The position numbers were made by a program, and so were the translations under genes. This document shows, one piece after another, positions 54,672-64,000 of a DNA stretch of 64,000 nt. The stretch is from contig DASTAY010000048.1 in NCBI GenBank assembly GCA_035712345.1, positions 67,179 to 131,178 of the forward strand, read 5' to 3'. Below the pieces are notes generated by a model. It saw only the letters and a list, made by a program, of their open reading frames with translations, was not told the origin of the DNA and made no database searches. Each line of letters begins with the position of its first letter. Position 1 is the stretch's first letter. The stretch comes from Solirubrobacterales bacterium (GTDB lineage Bacteria; Actinomycetota; Thermoleophilia; Solirubrobacterales; 70-9).

Positions 54672-55982
54672 GTGGCCACCCGCTTCGACCCGTCCGGGCC
54701 GCTGCACGGCAGCCTGCGCTCCCCACCCGACAAGTCGGTCTCCCACCGGGCGGCGCTGATCGCGGCGATGGGGGAGGGGGACACGACGATCGAGGGCTAC
54801 CTGGACGCGGCCGACACCCGCTCGACCCTCGCGGCCGTCGAGGCGCTTGGGGCGCAGGTGAGCGGAGTGGGACCTGCGGCGATCGAGCCGCGGCTGCGGG
54901 TGCGCGGCGTTGGCCTGCGCGGCGCCGCGGCGGCCGCGCTCGACGTCGGCAACGCCGGCACCCTGCTGCGCCTCCTGCCGGGTTGGCTGGCGGGGCAGGA
55001 GACCGGGTCGTGGACGCTCGACGGCGACGATTCGATCCGGCGCCGCCCGGTCGACCGGATCGCGTCGCCGTTGCGCTCGATGGGAGCGCGGATCGAGGCT
55101 CGCGAGGGCCTGCCGCCGCTGCGAATCGACGGCGCCCCGCTGGCCGGGATCGAGTACGAGCTGCCGGTCGCCAGCGCCCAGGTGAAGTCCTGCCTGCTCT
55201 TCGCCGGGCTGCTCGCCGAAGGGGAGACGCGGATAATCGAGCCGCTGCCGAGTCGCGACCACAGCGAGCGGATGCTGGCGGCGGCCGGGGCGGAGATCGA
55301 GCGCGGCGACGGGCTCGTCTCGGTTCGCCCCGCGGCGCTGCTCGAGCCGGGCGCGATAGTCGTTCCCGCCGACTTCTCCTCGGCGGCCTTCTTCGTCGTC
55401 GCGGCGCTGCTCGTGCCCGGCAGCGAGGTCAACCTCGTCGGCGTCGGCCTCAACCCGACCCGAACCGGCCTGCTCTCGATCCTCGCGCGGATGGGCGCCC
55501 GGATCGAGGTCGAGCCCGAGGGCGAGCGCGGCGGCGAGCCGAGCGGCCGGTTGCGCGTTCGCGCCTCCGAGCTGCAGGGCGCCGAGGTCGGCGGCGGGGA
55601 GATCCCGCTGGCGATAGACGAGCTCCCCCTGGTCGCGCTCGCCGCCTGCTTCGCCGAGGGCGAGACGACGATTCGCGACGCGGCCGAGCTGCGGCGCAAG
55701 GAGAGCGACCGGATCGAGACCGTGGCCGCCGCGCTCACGGCGCTAGGTGCCGAAGTGGAGACGAGCGAGGACGGCATGCGGATCGTCGGCGCCGGCGGCC
55801 TGCGCGGCGGCTCGATCGACTCCCACGGCGACCACCGGATCGCGATGCTCGGCGCGATCGCCGGCGTCGCCTCGCGCGACGGCGTCGAGGTCGCCGGCAT
55901 GGATGCCGCCGCCGTCAGCTACCCCGGCTTCGAGGCCGACCTCGCCTCACTTGCCGGTCCCGGGCGCCTTTTGGGTGCGTAG
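54672..55982 (+). CDS. aroA: 3-phosphoshikimate 1-carboxyvinyltransferase (EPSP synthase)
   Basis: It has PPDKSVSHRAALIAA, GNAGTLLRLL, LRRKESDRI and DHRIAM motifs. Confidence 0.93.
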   Translation: MATRFDPSGPLHGSLRSPPDKSVSHRAALIAAMGEGDTTIEGYLDAADTRSTLAAVEALGAQVSGVGPAAIEPRLRVRGVGLRGAAAAALDVGNAGTLLRLLPGWLAGQETGSWTLDGDDSIRRRPVDRIASPLRSMGARIEAREGLPPLRIDGAPLAGIEYELPVASAQVKSCLLFAGLLAEGETRIIEPLPSRDHSERMLAAAGAEIERGDGLVSVRPAALLEPGAIVVPADFSSAAFFVVAALLVPGSEVNLVGVGLNPTRTGLLSILARMGARIEVEPEGERGGEPSGRLRVRASELQGAEVGGGEIPLAIDELPLVALAACFAEGETTIRDAAELRRKESDRIETVAAALTALGAEVETSEDGMRIVGAGGLRGGSIDSHGDHRIAMLGAIAGVASRDGVEVAGMDAAAVSYPGFEADLASLAGPGRLLGA

Positions 55983-56016
55983 CACCCCAAACGCGCCCGC
56001 GACTACGCTGCCCGCC

Positions 56017-56655
56017 ATGGTCATCGCGATCGACGGTCCCGCCGGGGCCGGCAAGTCCACCGTCGCCCGCGCGGTCGCCGCCGCGCTCGACTTCACCTAC
56101 CTCGACTCGGGAGCGATGTACCGCTGCGTGGCCCTGGCGGGGATCGAGCGCGATGCCGACCTCGACGACCCCGAGGCGATGGGCGAGCTGGCCGGCGCGC
56201 TGCGGATCGAGCTCGAGGGCGAGCGGGTCGGCCTCGACGGGCGCGACGTGAGCACGGCGATCCGCGCGGCGGACGTGACCGCTGCCGCCTCGCGGGCCTC
56301 CGTCCACCCGGCCGTGCGCGAGGCGATGGTCGCCCAGCAGCGTCGCTTGATCGAGTCCGGTGGCTACGTCGCCGAGGGTCGCGACATCGGCACCGTGGTC
56401 AGCCCGGACGCCCCCCTCAAGGTCTTCCTCACGGCATCGGCGCGGGAGCGCGCGCGACGTCGAGCCGCCCAGACCGGCGAGGACGAGGCGACCGTGCTCG
56501 CCGCCCAGAGCGAGCGCGACGAGCGCGACGAGAGCCGCGCGCACAGCGCCCTGCGGGCGGCCGAGGACGCGGTGGAGCTCGACACCACCGGCATGGCGCT
56601 GGACGAGGTCGTCCAGCGCGTCGTCGCCCTGGCTCGCGAGCGGGGCCTCGCATGA
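56017..56655 (+). CDS. cmk: cytidylate kinase
   Basis: ATG at 56017 gives [21 protein letters not shown]. The product also has YLDSGAMYR and shows the aroA-cmk linkage. Confidence 0.9.
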   Translation: MVIAIDGPAGAGKSTVARAVAAALDFTYLDSGAMYRCVALAGIERDADLDDPEAMGELAGALRIELEGERVGLDGRDVSTAIRAADVTAAASRASVHPAVREAMVAQQRRLIESGGYVAEGRDIGTVVSPDAPLKVFLTASARERARRRAAQTGEDEATVLAAQSERDERDESRAHSALRAAEDAVELDTTGMALDEVVQRVVALARERGLA

Positions 56656-56713
56656 GGCGAGTGGTCACTTTGCCACCGAATACGGGGGTCAACTGTCCAC
56701 CGGGAGACCCGTC

Positions 56714-58024
56714 GTGAGCCGCCAGATCGTCGCCATCGTCGGCTTCCCCAACGTCGGCAAGAGCACCCTGGTCAACCGCCTGGCCGGCGGGCGCGAGGCC
56801 GTCACCCACGCACAGCCCGGCGTCACCCGCGACCGCAAGCGCGTTCCCTGCGAATGGAACGGACGCGCCTTCGAGCTGCTCGACACGGGCGGGATCGACC
56901 TCGCCGACGAGAGCGAGCTGGCCGCCGACGTGCAGCGCCAGGCGCGGATCGGGATCGCCGAGGCGGACGCGATCCTGCTCGTCGTCGACGGCCGCGCCGG
57001 CCTGCGCGCCGGCGACGCCGAGCTGGCCCGGACCCTGCGCGCCGCCGACGTCCCCGTCCTCGTCGTCGTCAACAAAGCCGACCGCCCCGGCGACGAGCAC
57101 ATCAGCGCCGAGTTCCACAAGCTCGGTTTGGGCGACCCGATCGCGGTCTCGGCGACGCACGGCCTCGGCACCGGAGACCTGCTCGACCGCGTGGTCGAGA
57201 CCTTGGGCGAGCGCACGGCGCCGGCCACCGGTGAGCAGCCGGTCCACGTCGCCGTGATCGGCAGGCCCAACGCCGGCAAGTCCTCGCTGGTGAACGCCTT
57301 CCTCGGCAGCGAGCGGGTGATCGTCTCCGAACGCGCCGGCACCACGCGCGACACGATCGACACCGAGCTCGAAGTGGACGGCCGCGCCGTCCTGCTGGTC
57401 GACACGGCCGGGCTGCGGCGCCGTTCGAAGGTCGCCGGCACGGTCGACTACTACGCCCAGCTGCGCTCCGAGCTCGCGGTCGAGCGCGCCGACGTGGCGA
57501 TCGTCGTCTGCGACGCCGCCGACGGGGTCACGGCCGAGGACCTGCGCATCGCCGAGCTGGCGATGCGGGCCGGCTGCGCGACGCTGCTGGTGCTCAACAA
57601 GTGGGACATCGGCCAGACCGATGTCGACGATGCTCGCGCCCGGGTCGCGCGCAAGCTGCGCCTGCGGCCCGAGGTTGTGACCTGCTCGGCGCTGCGCGGC
57701 CGCAACGTCTCGCGGCTGCTGCCCAAGGCGCTCGAGCTGGCCGACCGCTCGGCCTCGCGGATCCCGACGCCGGAGCTGAACCGCTTCGTCGCCGACGTGG
57801 TCGCGGCCACGCCGCCGCCCTCGCGCCGCGGCCGTCGCCTGCGGCTCTACTACGCCGCGCAGATCGGCGAGGCACCGCCGCGAATCGCGATCCAGGTCAA
57901 CGATCGCCGCCTGATCGTGCGCGACTGGGCCTACCACCTGGAGAACCGCATGCGCGAGACCTACGGCCTCGAGGGCATCCCCCTGATAATCGACTTCGTC
58001 CCCCACACGGGCCGCCGACGCTGA
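56714..58024 (+). CDS. der: ribosome-associated GTPase Der/EngA
   Basis: It has two tandem GTPase domains ([14 protein letters not shown] and [14 protein letters not shown]; NKAD and NKWD) plus a KH-like C-terminus. Confidence 0.92.
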   Translation: MSRQIVAIVGFPNVGKSTLVNRLAGGREAVTHAQPGVTRDRKRVPCEWNGRAFELLDTGGIDLADESELAADVQRQARIGIAEADAILLVVDGRAGLRAGDAELARTLRAADVPVLVVVNKADRPGDEHISAEFHKLGLGDPIAVSATHGLGTGDLLDRVVETLGERTAPATGEQPVHVAVIGRPNAGKSSLVNAFLGSERVIVSERAGTTRDTIDTELEVDGRAVLLVDTAGLRRRSKVAGTVDYYAQLRSELAVERADVAIVVCDAADGVTAEDLRIAELAMRAGCATLLVLNKWDIGQTDVDDARARVARKLRLRPEVVTCSALRGRNVSRLLPKALELADRSASRIPTPELNRFVADVVAATPPPSRRGRRLRLYYAAQIGEAPPRIAIQVNDRRLIVRDWAYHLENRMRETYGLEGIPLIIDFVPHTGRRR

Positions 58025-58047
58025 GCCGCCCCCGGTACGCTTCCGCC

Positions 58048-59297
<1,250 letters not shown>

Positions 59298-59301
<4 letters not shown>

Positions 59302-59801
59302 GCCGGGGGCTGGGCCTCGCCCAGCCCGTGGGGCCCCGGCGCCGAAGCGCCGGTGGCTTGGTCGACCCGGTGCACGACTTCCGCCGGGTCGGCGACGCCG
59401 ACGAAGACGAAGTTGTAGTCGTCGGTCGCGGCGGTGTCGAAGTCGACGTCGCCGATCTGCATCACCCGTTGGTAGATCGACTGGCGGTAGTTGACGTTCT
59501 GCACGCGCTCCAGCCGCGTCTCCTGGACCTCGCGCGAGACGATGCCGCGCTTGATGTTGAGGCGGCGGTCGGTGATCGTGTAGGTGGTCGACACGCGCTT
59601 GACGAAGCCGATCAGGACGGTCAGCGCGATCACGACGAGGACGATCAGGAAGACCGTGCCGCCGCCGGCGCCGAAGAGCTTGGCGATGGCGCCGAGGACC
59701 GCGGCGATCAGGACCCCTTTGATGTAGAAGCCGAGGATCGCCCGCCACGAGGGGTGGCCCTGGAAGATCACCTGCTCGCCGGGACTGAGATTCAGGGCCA
59801 T
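59298..59801 (-). CDS. bacterial PH-domain (bPH_2/YdbS-YdbT-like, DUF304) membrane protein
   Basis: Two N-terminal helices are followed by [32 protein letters not shown], typical of bPH_2. Confidence 0.7.
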
Positions 59802-59916
59802 CGCCGGGCAGGATATCCCGGCCGTCCGCCTCTCTCCATAACTTCAGTCGCGTGAGTGCAGAGCGAGCAAACGTCCATATCTGATTCTTCGTGCAGCGAG
59901 CGAAGCGCGAACCGTT

Positions 59917-62106
59917 ATGCAACCCATCGCCAAGGTCGAGCCGCTGACCACCGCCCGCGCGCTGCGCGGCCCCTTCGACTACCGCCTGCCGGCGGAGATG
60001 GCCGACCTCGAGGTCGGCAGCGTCGTCCGGGTGCCGTTCGGCCACCGCCGTGCGCTTGGGGTGGTGGTCGAGCTCGCCGAGAGCTCCGAGCTGCCCCCGG
60101 AGCGCCTCGCAGAGCCGCTCGAGGCGCTCGAGGCCGGGGTCCCGGCCGAGCTCGTCCGGCTCGGCCTGTGGCTCGCCGCCGAGTACTGCTCGACCCCCTC
60201 GCGCGGGTTGCAGCTGGTGCTGCCGCCCGGCACCGGCGTCGGCGGGCAGCGGGTGCGCTCACGGACCGAGCTGCGGGCGGAGATCTCGGCCGCCGGCAGC
60301 GAGGCCCTGGCGGGCGGCGGCCGCCTCGGCGCGAAGCAGCGCGCCGTCCTCGAGGCGCTCGGCGAAGGCGAGATGTCGGCCCCCGAGCTGGCGACGGCGG
60401 TCGGCGCCGACCGCCAGGTCCTCGCTCGCCTCGAGCAGCGCGGGCTGATCGCCACCCGCCGTTCCCCGTTGAGTCGCCGGCCCAGCGGAGGGGCGGCGAG
60501 CGCGGCGGCGCCCCCTCGCCTGCTCGCCGAGCAGCAGCGGGCGGCAGCCGAGATCGTCGCCGCGCTCGACGGCGAAGCGGGGCGCCCGCGCAAGCTCCTG
60601 CTCCACGGCGTCACCGGCTCCGGCAAGACCGAGGTCTACCTGGCGGCGGTCGAGGCCGCCCTCGCCCGCGGCCGCGGCGCGATCGTGCTCGTGCCCGAGA
60701 TCGGCCTGACCCCCCAGGCGGTCGCGCGCTTCCGCGCCCGCCTCGGCGACCGCTTCGCCGTCCTGCACTCGGCCCTCTCGCCCGGCGAGCGCTACGACGA
60801 GTGGCGCCGCCTGCGCAGCGGCGAGGCGAGCGTCTGCGTCGGGCCGCGCTCCGCCGTCTTCGCGCCGGTCCGCGACCTCGGCCTGATCGTGATCGACGAG
60901 GAGCACGACCCCTCCTACAAGCAGGAGGGCGACCCCTGCTACGACGCCCGCACCGTCGCCCGCCGCCGCGCCGGGGACTGCGACGCGGTGCTCGTCGCCG
61001 GCACGGCCACCCCGCGGCCCGAGGCGTGGGTCGAGCTGCCCCGCCTGGAGCTGCCCAAGCGTGTCGACGGCCGCGGCATGCCGCCGGTCGAGGTGCTCGA
61101 CATGCGCGAAGCCGACCCGCGCTCCGGGCCGCTGCACCCCGCCACCTGGAACGCGCTCGGGGCCGTGCGCGAGGAAGGGGCGAAGGCGATCGTGATGGTC
61201 AACCGCCGCGGCTTCGCCCCGTGGCTCACCTGTCGCTCCTGCGGGCGTCACTGGGGCTGCCCCAATTGCGACGTCTCGCTGATCGTGCACCGGCACGCAG
61301 GACGGATCGTCTGTCACCACTGCGCCCATTCCGAGCCCCTGCCCGGGTCCTGCCCCGACTGCGGCTCGACCACGCTCTCGCGGGCCGGCACGGGCACCGA
61401 GCAGCTCGAGGCGCTGCTGGCCGAGCGCCTTGCGCCGATGCCGGTCTTCCGCCTCGACACCGACACCGCCTCCGGTCGTGGCGCCCACGCCCGCATCCTC
61501 GCCGGCTTCGGCGAGGCCGAGAGCGCGGTCCTCGTCGGCACCCAGATGGTCGCCAAGGGGCACGACTTCCCCGAGGTGACGCTGAGCGCGATCGTCGACG
61601 CCGACGCGACCCTGCGCTTCCCCGACTTCCGCGCCGCCGAGCGCACCTTCGCGATGGTCGCCCAGCTCGCCGGGCGCAGCGGCCGCGGCGAGGCCGGGGG
61701 GGAGGTGATCGTCCAGACCCTCGCCCCCGAGGCGCCCAGCATCGCCCACGCATCGCGCCACGACTCCGCGACCTTCCTGACGGAGGAGATCGAGCGGCGA
61801 CGGGAGCTCCGCTACCCGCCCTTCTCCCACCTCGTGCGCATCGTTCTCAAGGCGGAGGACGAGGGCCGCGTCGATCGGACCGCGGCGAAGCTGGCCGAAG
61901 CTCTCGCGGGCGCCCTGCCGAGCGACACCGACCTGCTGGGCCCGGCGCCGATGTTCCGCGTCCGCGGCAGGTACCGCCGTCGCCTGCTCACCAAGGCCAG
62001 CGACCGCGACCGCACCGTCGCCGCGATCCGCGCCGCCGTCGAGCGGCTCGCCGCCGACCGCGCGCTCGCGGACGTCGCGATCGGGGTCGACGTCGACCCC
62101 CAGTAG
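59917..62106 (+). CDS. priA: primosomal replication restart helicase PriA
   Basis: It has Walker A (LLHGVTGSGKTEVY), a DEEH box (VIDEEHD) and a Cys-rich zinc region (CRSCGRHWGCPNCDVSL..CHHCAH..CPDCGS). Confidence 0.93.
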   Translation: MQPIAKVEPLTTARALRGPFDYRLPAEMADLEVGSVVRVPFGHRRALGVVVELAESSELPPERLAEPLEALEAGVPAELVRLGLWLAAEYCSTPSRGLQLVLPPGTGVGGQRVRSRTELRAEISAAGSEALAGGGRLGAKQRAVLEALGEGEMSAPELATAVGADRQVLARLEQRGLIATRRSPLSRRPSGGAASAAAPPRLLAEQQRAAAEIVAALDGEAGRPRKLLLHGVTGSGKTEVYLAAVEAALARGRGAIVLVPEIGLTPQAVARFRARLGDRFAVLHSALSPGERYDEWRRLRSGEASVCVGPRSAVFAPVRDLGLIVIDEEHDPSYKQEGDPCYDARTVARRRAGDCDAVLVAGTATPRPEAWVELPRLELPKRVDGRGMPPVEVLDMREADPRSGPLHPATWNALGAVREEGAKAIVMVNRRGFAPWLTCRSCGRHWGCPNCDVSLIVHRHAGRIVCHHCAHSEPLPGSCPDCGSTTLSRAGTGTEQLEALLAERLAPMPVFRLDTDTASGRGAHARILAGFGEAESAVLVGTQMVAKGHDFPEVTLSAIVDADATLRFPDFRAAERTFAMVAQLAGRSGRGEAGGEVIVQTLAPEAPSIAHASRHDSATFLTEEIERRRELRYPPFSHLVRIVLKAEDEGRVDRTAAKLAEALAGALPSDTDLLGPAPMFRVRGRYRRRLLTKASDRDRTVAAIRAAVERLAADRALADVAIGVDVDPQ

Positions 62107-62134
62107 CGGCGGGTCGATCCATACAATCGGCACG

Positions 62135-62776
62135 ATGAGCGACGAAGGGGTCGTCAAGGACGAGACCGAGCGCGAGCGGCTCGAAGCGGAGCTGCTCGAG
62201 CGACGCGAAGCGGCGCTTGCCCACGTGGTCAAGTTCGGCGACCCGGTGCTGAAGAGCAGGGCCTCGCCGGTGACCGAATTCGGCCTCGAGCTGCGCGCCG
62301 AGGTCGAGCGCATGGTCGCGATCATGCGCGACGGGATGGGGGTCGGCCTCGCCGCCACCCAGCTCGGCGTGCTGCGCCGCGTGCTGGTCTTCCAGGCGGG
62401 CCCGGACAGCGAGCCGACCGGCCTGGTCAACCCCGAGATCGCGTGGCTCTCCGACGAGGTCGTCCTCGCCGAGGAGGGTTGCCTCAGCCTGCCGCGGGTG
62501 GCGATGGACGTCGAGCGGCCGTTGCACGCCCGTATCGGCGGCCGCGACGTCGAAGGCGAGCGGATCGAGATCGAGGCCTCCGGGCTCGAGGCGCGCGTGC
62601 TCCAACACGAGATCGACCACCTCGACGGAGTCCTGATCCTCGACCGGGCGCCGCGCGAGCAGCGCAAGGCGGCGCTCCGCGCGCTGCGCGAAGGCGGCAG
62701 CTACGCGCCGCCATCCGAAGACCACGAGCCGGGCGAGGGCGAGGAGCATCACCGCGAGCCCCACACCGACGCGTGA
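62135..62776 (+). CDS. def: peptide deformylase (with ~30-aa N-terminal and acidic/His-rich C-terminal extensions)
   Basis: It has GVGLAATQLG, EGCLSLP and QHEIDHLDG motifs. Confidence 0.9.
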   Translation: MSDEGVVKDETERERLEAELLERREAALAHVVKFGDPVLKSRASPVTEFGLELRAEVERMVAIMRDGMGVGLAATQLGVLRRVLVFQAGPDSEPTGLVNPEIAWLSDEVVLAEEGCLSLPRVAMDVERPLHARIGGRDVEGERIEIEASGLEARVLQHEIDHLDGVLILDRAPREQRKAALRALREGGSYAPPSEDHEPGEGEEHHREPHTDA

Positions 62777-63678
62777 GGACCGTCTACCTCGGCACCTCGG
62801 AGTTCGCCGCGACGGTGCTGCGCCGCCTCGCCGAGTCCCCCCACCGCCCACCGCTGGTCGTGACGCCGCCCGACCGGGCGAAGGGCCGGGGCCGGCAGAG
62901 CGGCCCGCCGCCCGTCGCCGCGGCCGCGGCCGAGCTCGGGATCGAGCTGTTGCAGGCCGAGAACGTCAACGAGGACTCTGCCTTGGAGCGCATCCGCGCG
63001 GCCGGCCCCGAGGCCGTCGCCGTCTGCGCCTTCGGGCAGCTGATCCGCGAGCCGCTGCTCTCGGAATGGCCGATGCTGAACGTGCATCCCTCGCTGCTGC
63101 CGCGCTGGCGCGGCGCGGCGCCGATCGAGCGGGCGATCATGGCCGGCGACGGGCGCACCGGGGTGAGCTTGATGCAGGTCACCGCCGGCCTCGACTCGGG
63201 GCCGGTGGCGCTTCGGGAGGAGATCCGGATCGGCCCGGAGGACGACTTCGAGGGCCTCTCCGGGACGCTGGCGGGCCTGGGTGGCGATCTGTTGGTCGAG
63301 GCGCTCGACCTGCTCGAGCGCGGAGAGCTCAGCTTCGACGAGCAGGATGACGAGCAGGCGACCTACGCGGAGAAGATCGAGGCCGCCGAGCGGCGCCTGG
63401 ACCCCGGCCGTCCGGCGGCCGAGCTGGCCCGCACCGTGCGAGCCCTGACGCCCCACGTCGGCGCCTATCTCGAGCTGGGCGAGGACAATCGCCTCGGCGT
63501 GCGACGGGCGCGGGCGGTCGACGTCAACGTCAAGCAGGGCGAGATGAAGGCCGAGTGGGGGGCACTGCTGCTCGGCTGCGGCCGCGGCGCCCTGCGGCTC
63601 GAGGTCGTGCAGCCGCCGGGGGGCAAGCCGATGGCGGCCGATGCCTACCTGCGCGGTCACCCGGTGCCCGTACTTTGA
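62773..63678 (+). CDS. fmt: methionyl-tRNA formyltransferase
   Basis: GTG at 62773 overlaps the def stop (GTGA). The product has VRTVYLGTSEFA, NVHPSLLPRWRGAAPI and shows the def-fmt linkage. Confidence 0.9.
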   Translation: MRTVYLGTSEFAATVLRRLAESPHRPPLVVTPPDRAKGRGRQSGPPPVAAAAAELGIELLQAENVNEDSALERIRAAGPEAVAVCAFGQLIREPLLSEWPMLNVHPSLLPRWRGAAPIERAIMAGDGRTGVSLMQVTAGLDSGPVALREEIRIGPEDDFEGLSGTLAGLGGDLLVEALDLLERGELSFDEQDDEQATYAEKIEAAERRLDPGRPAAELARTVRALTPHVGAYLELGEDNRLGVRRARAVDVNVKQGEMKAEWGALLLGCGRGALRLEVVQPPGGKPMAADAYLRGHPVPVL

Positions 63679-64000
63679 TCTCCCCGGCCCGGACGCTTGC
63701 CTTCGAGACGATCCGGGCGACCTTCGAGCGCGAGGCCCACAGCGAGCGCTTCTTCCGCGAAGCAGCCGACCGCGAGGGGCTCGGTGGCCGCGAGCGCGCC
63801 CAGGCCCAGCGCCTCGCCTACGGCGCCGTCCAGCGCCGCGGCACCGCCGATGCGGCAATCGAGCGCCTGGCCGAGCGCTCGATCCGGCTGCTCGACCCGC
63901 CGGTGCTCGCCGCGCTGCGCCTCGGCCTCTACGAGCTGCTCTTCGCCGACGGCACGCCGGACCACGCCGCCGTCGACCAGTCCGTCGAGCTGGTCAAGGT
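63675..64000 (+). CDS. rsmB: 16S rRNA (cytosine-C5) methyltransferase RsmB/Sun, N-terminal NusB-like part (3-prime end outside window)
   Basis: My own translation from TTG 63675, which overlaps the fmt stop, is LISPARTLAFETIRATFE...RLAYGAVQRRGTADAAIE...LRLGLYELLF..HAAVDQSVELVK. The frame stays open to the window end. It shows the fmt-rsmB linkage. Confidence 0.65.
   Translation, partial: MISPARTLAFETIRATFEREAHSERFFREAADREGLGGRERAQAQRLAYGAVQRRGTADAAIERLAERSIRLLDPPVLAALRLGLYELLFADGTPDHAAVDQSVELVK

Overview
This is a very GC-rich (about 70% by eye), tightly packed chromosomal core segment of an actinobacterium-like genome. Supporting traits are split glycine dehydrogenase gcvPA/gcvPB, Ku plus a stand-alone LigD polymerase domain, and a DUF559 paralog. 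Any finer lineage guess, such as Thermoleophilia or Rubrobacteria, is inference only. About 70 genes are supportable. They include the end of the trp operon (trpD'-trpC-HtrA-like protease-trpF-trpB-trpA), pfkA, an ACT-fused malic enzyme, polA, an ECF sigma factor with a fused membrane and low-complexity tail, rpsA-coaE and uvrB. They also include a partial dcw cluster (murD-ftsW-murG-murC-murB-ftsQ-ftsZ), the glycine cleavage genes (gcvT-gcvH-gcvPA-gcvPB), an NHEJ pair (ku plus ligD polymerase domain), trpS and scpA-scpB-rluB. An aromatic amino-acid cluster (aroH-hisC-[mini-ORF]-aroG-tyrA-aroA) is followed by cmk-der-metK and then priA-def-fmt-rsmB'. I found no rRNA, tRNA, CRISPR array, transposase, integrase, prophage or recognisable defence or toxin system, so this is mostly ordinary housekeeping DNA and I cannot point to a convincing novel multi-gene system. 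The signals not explained by the gene list are intergenic. (1) A 20-codon mini-ORF ending Tyr-Phe-Trp-Arg-Phe-Ser-stop lies just upstream of the DAHP synthase gene and is a candidate ribosome-mediated aromatic attenuator. (2) A family of ~114-bp palindromic elements has 3 close copies plus 1 divergent relative, with invariant AT-rich internal blocks and covarying GC-rich outer stems. (3) A 74-76 bp repeat pair in inverted orientation brackets a small lipoprotein gene with atypical codon usage. (4) A 29-bp perfect inverted repeat follows ftsZ. I re-assigned many start codons from the six-frame track, because long N-terminal extensions in high-GC DNA are unreliable, so those starts are approximate.
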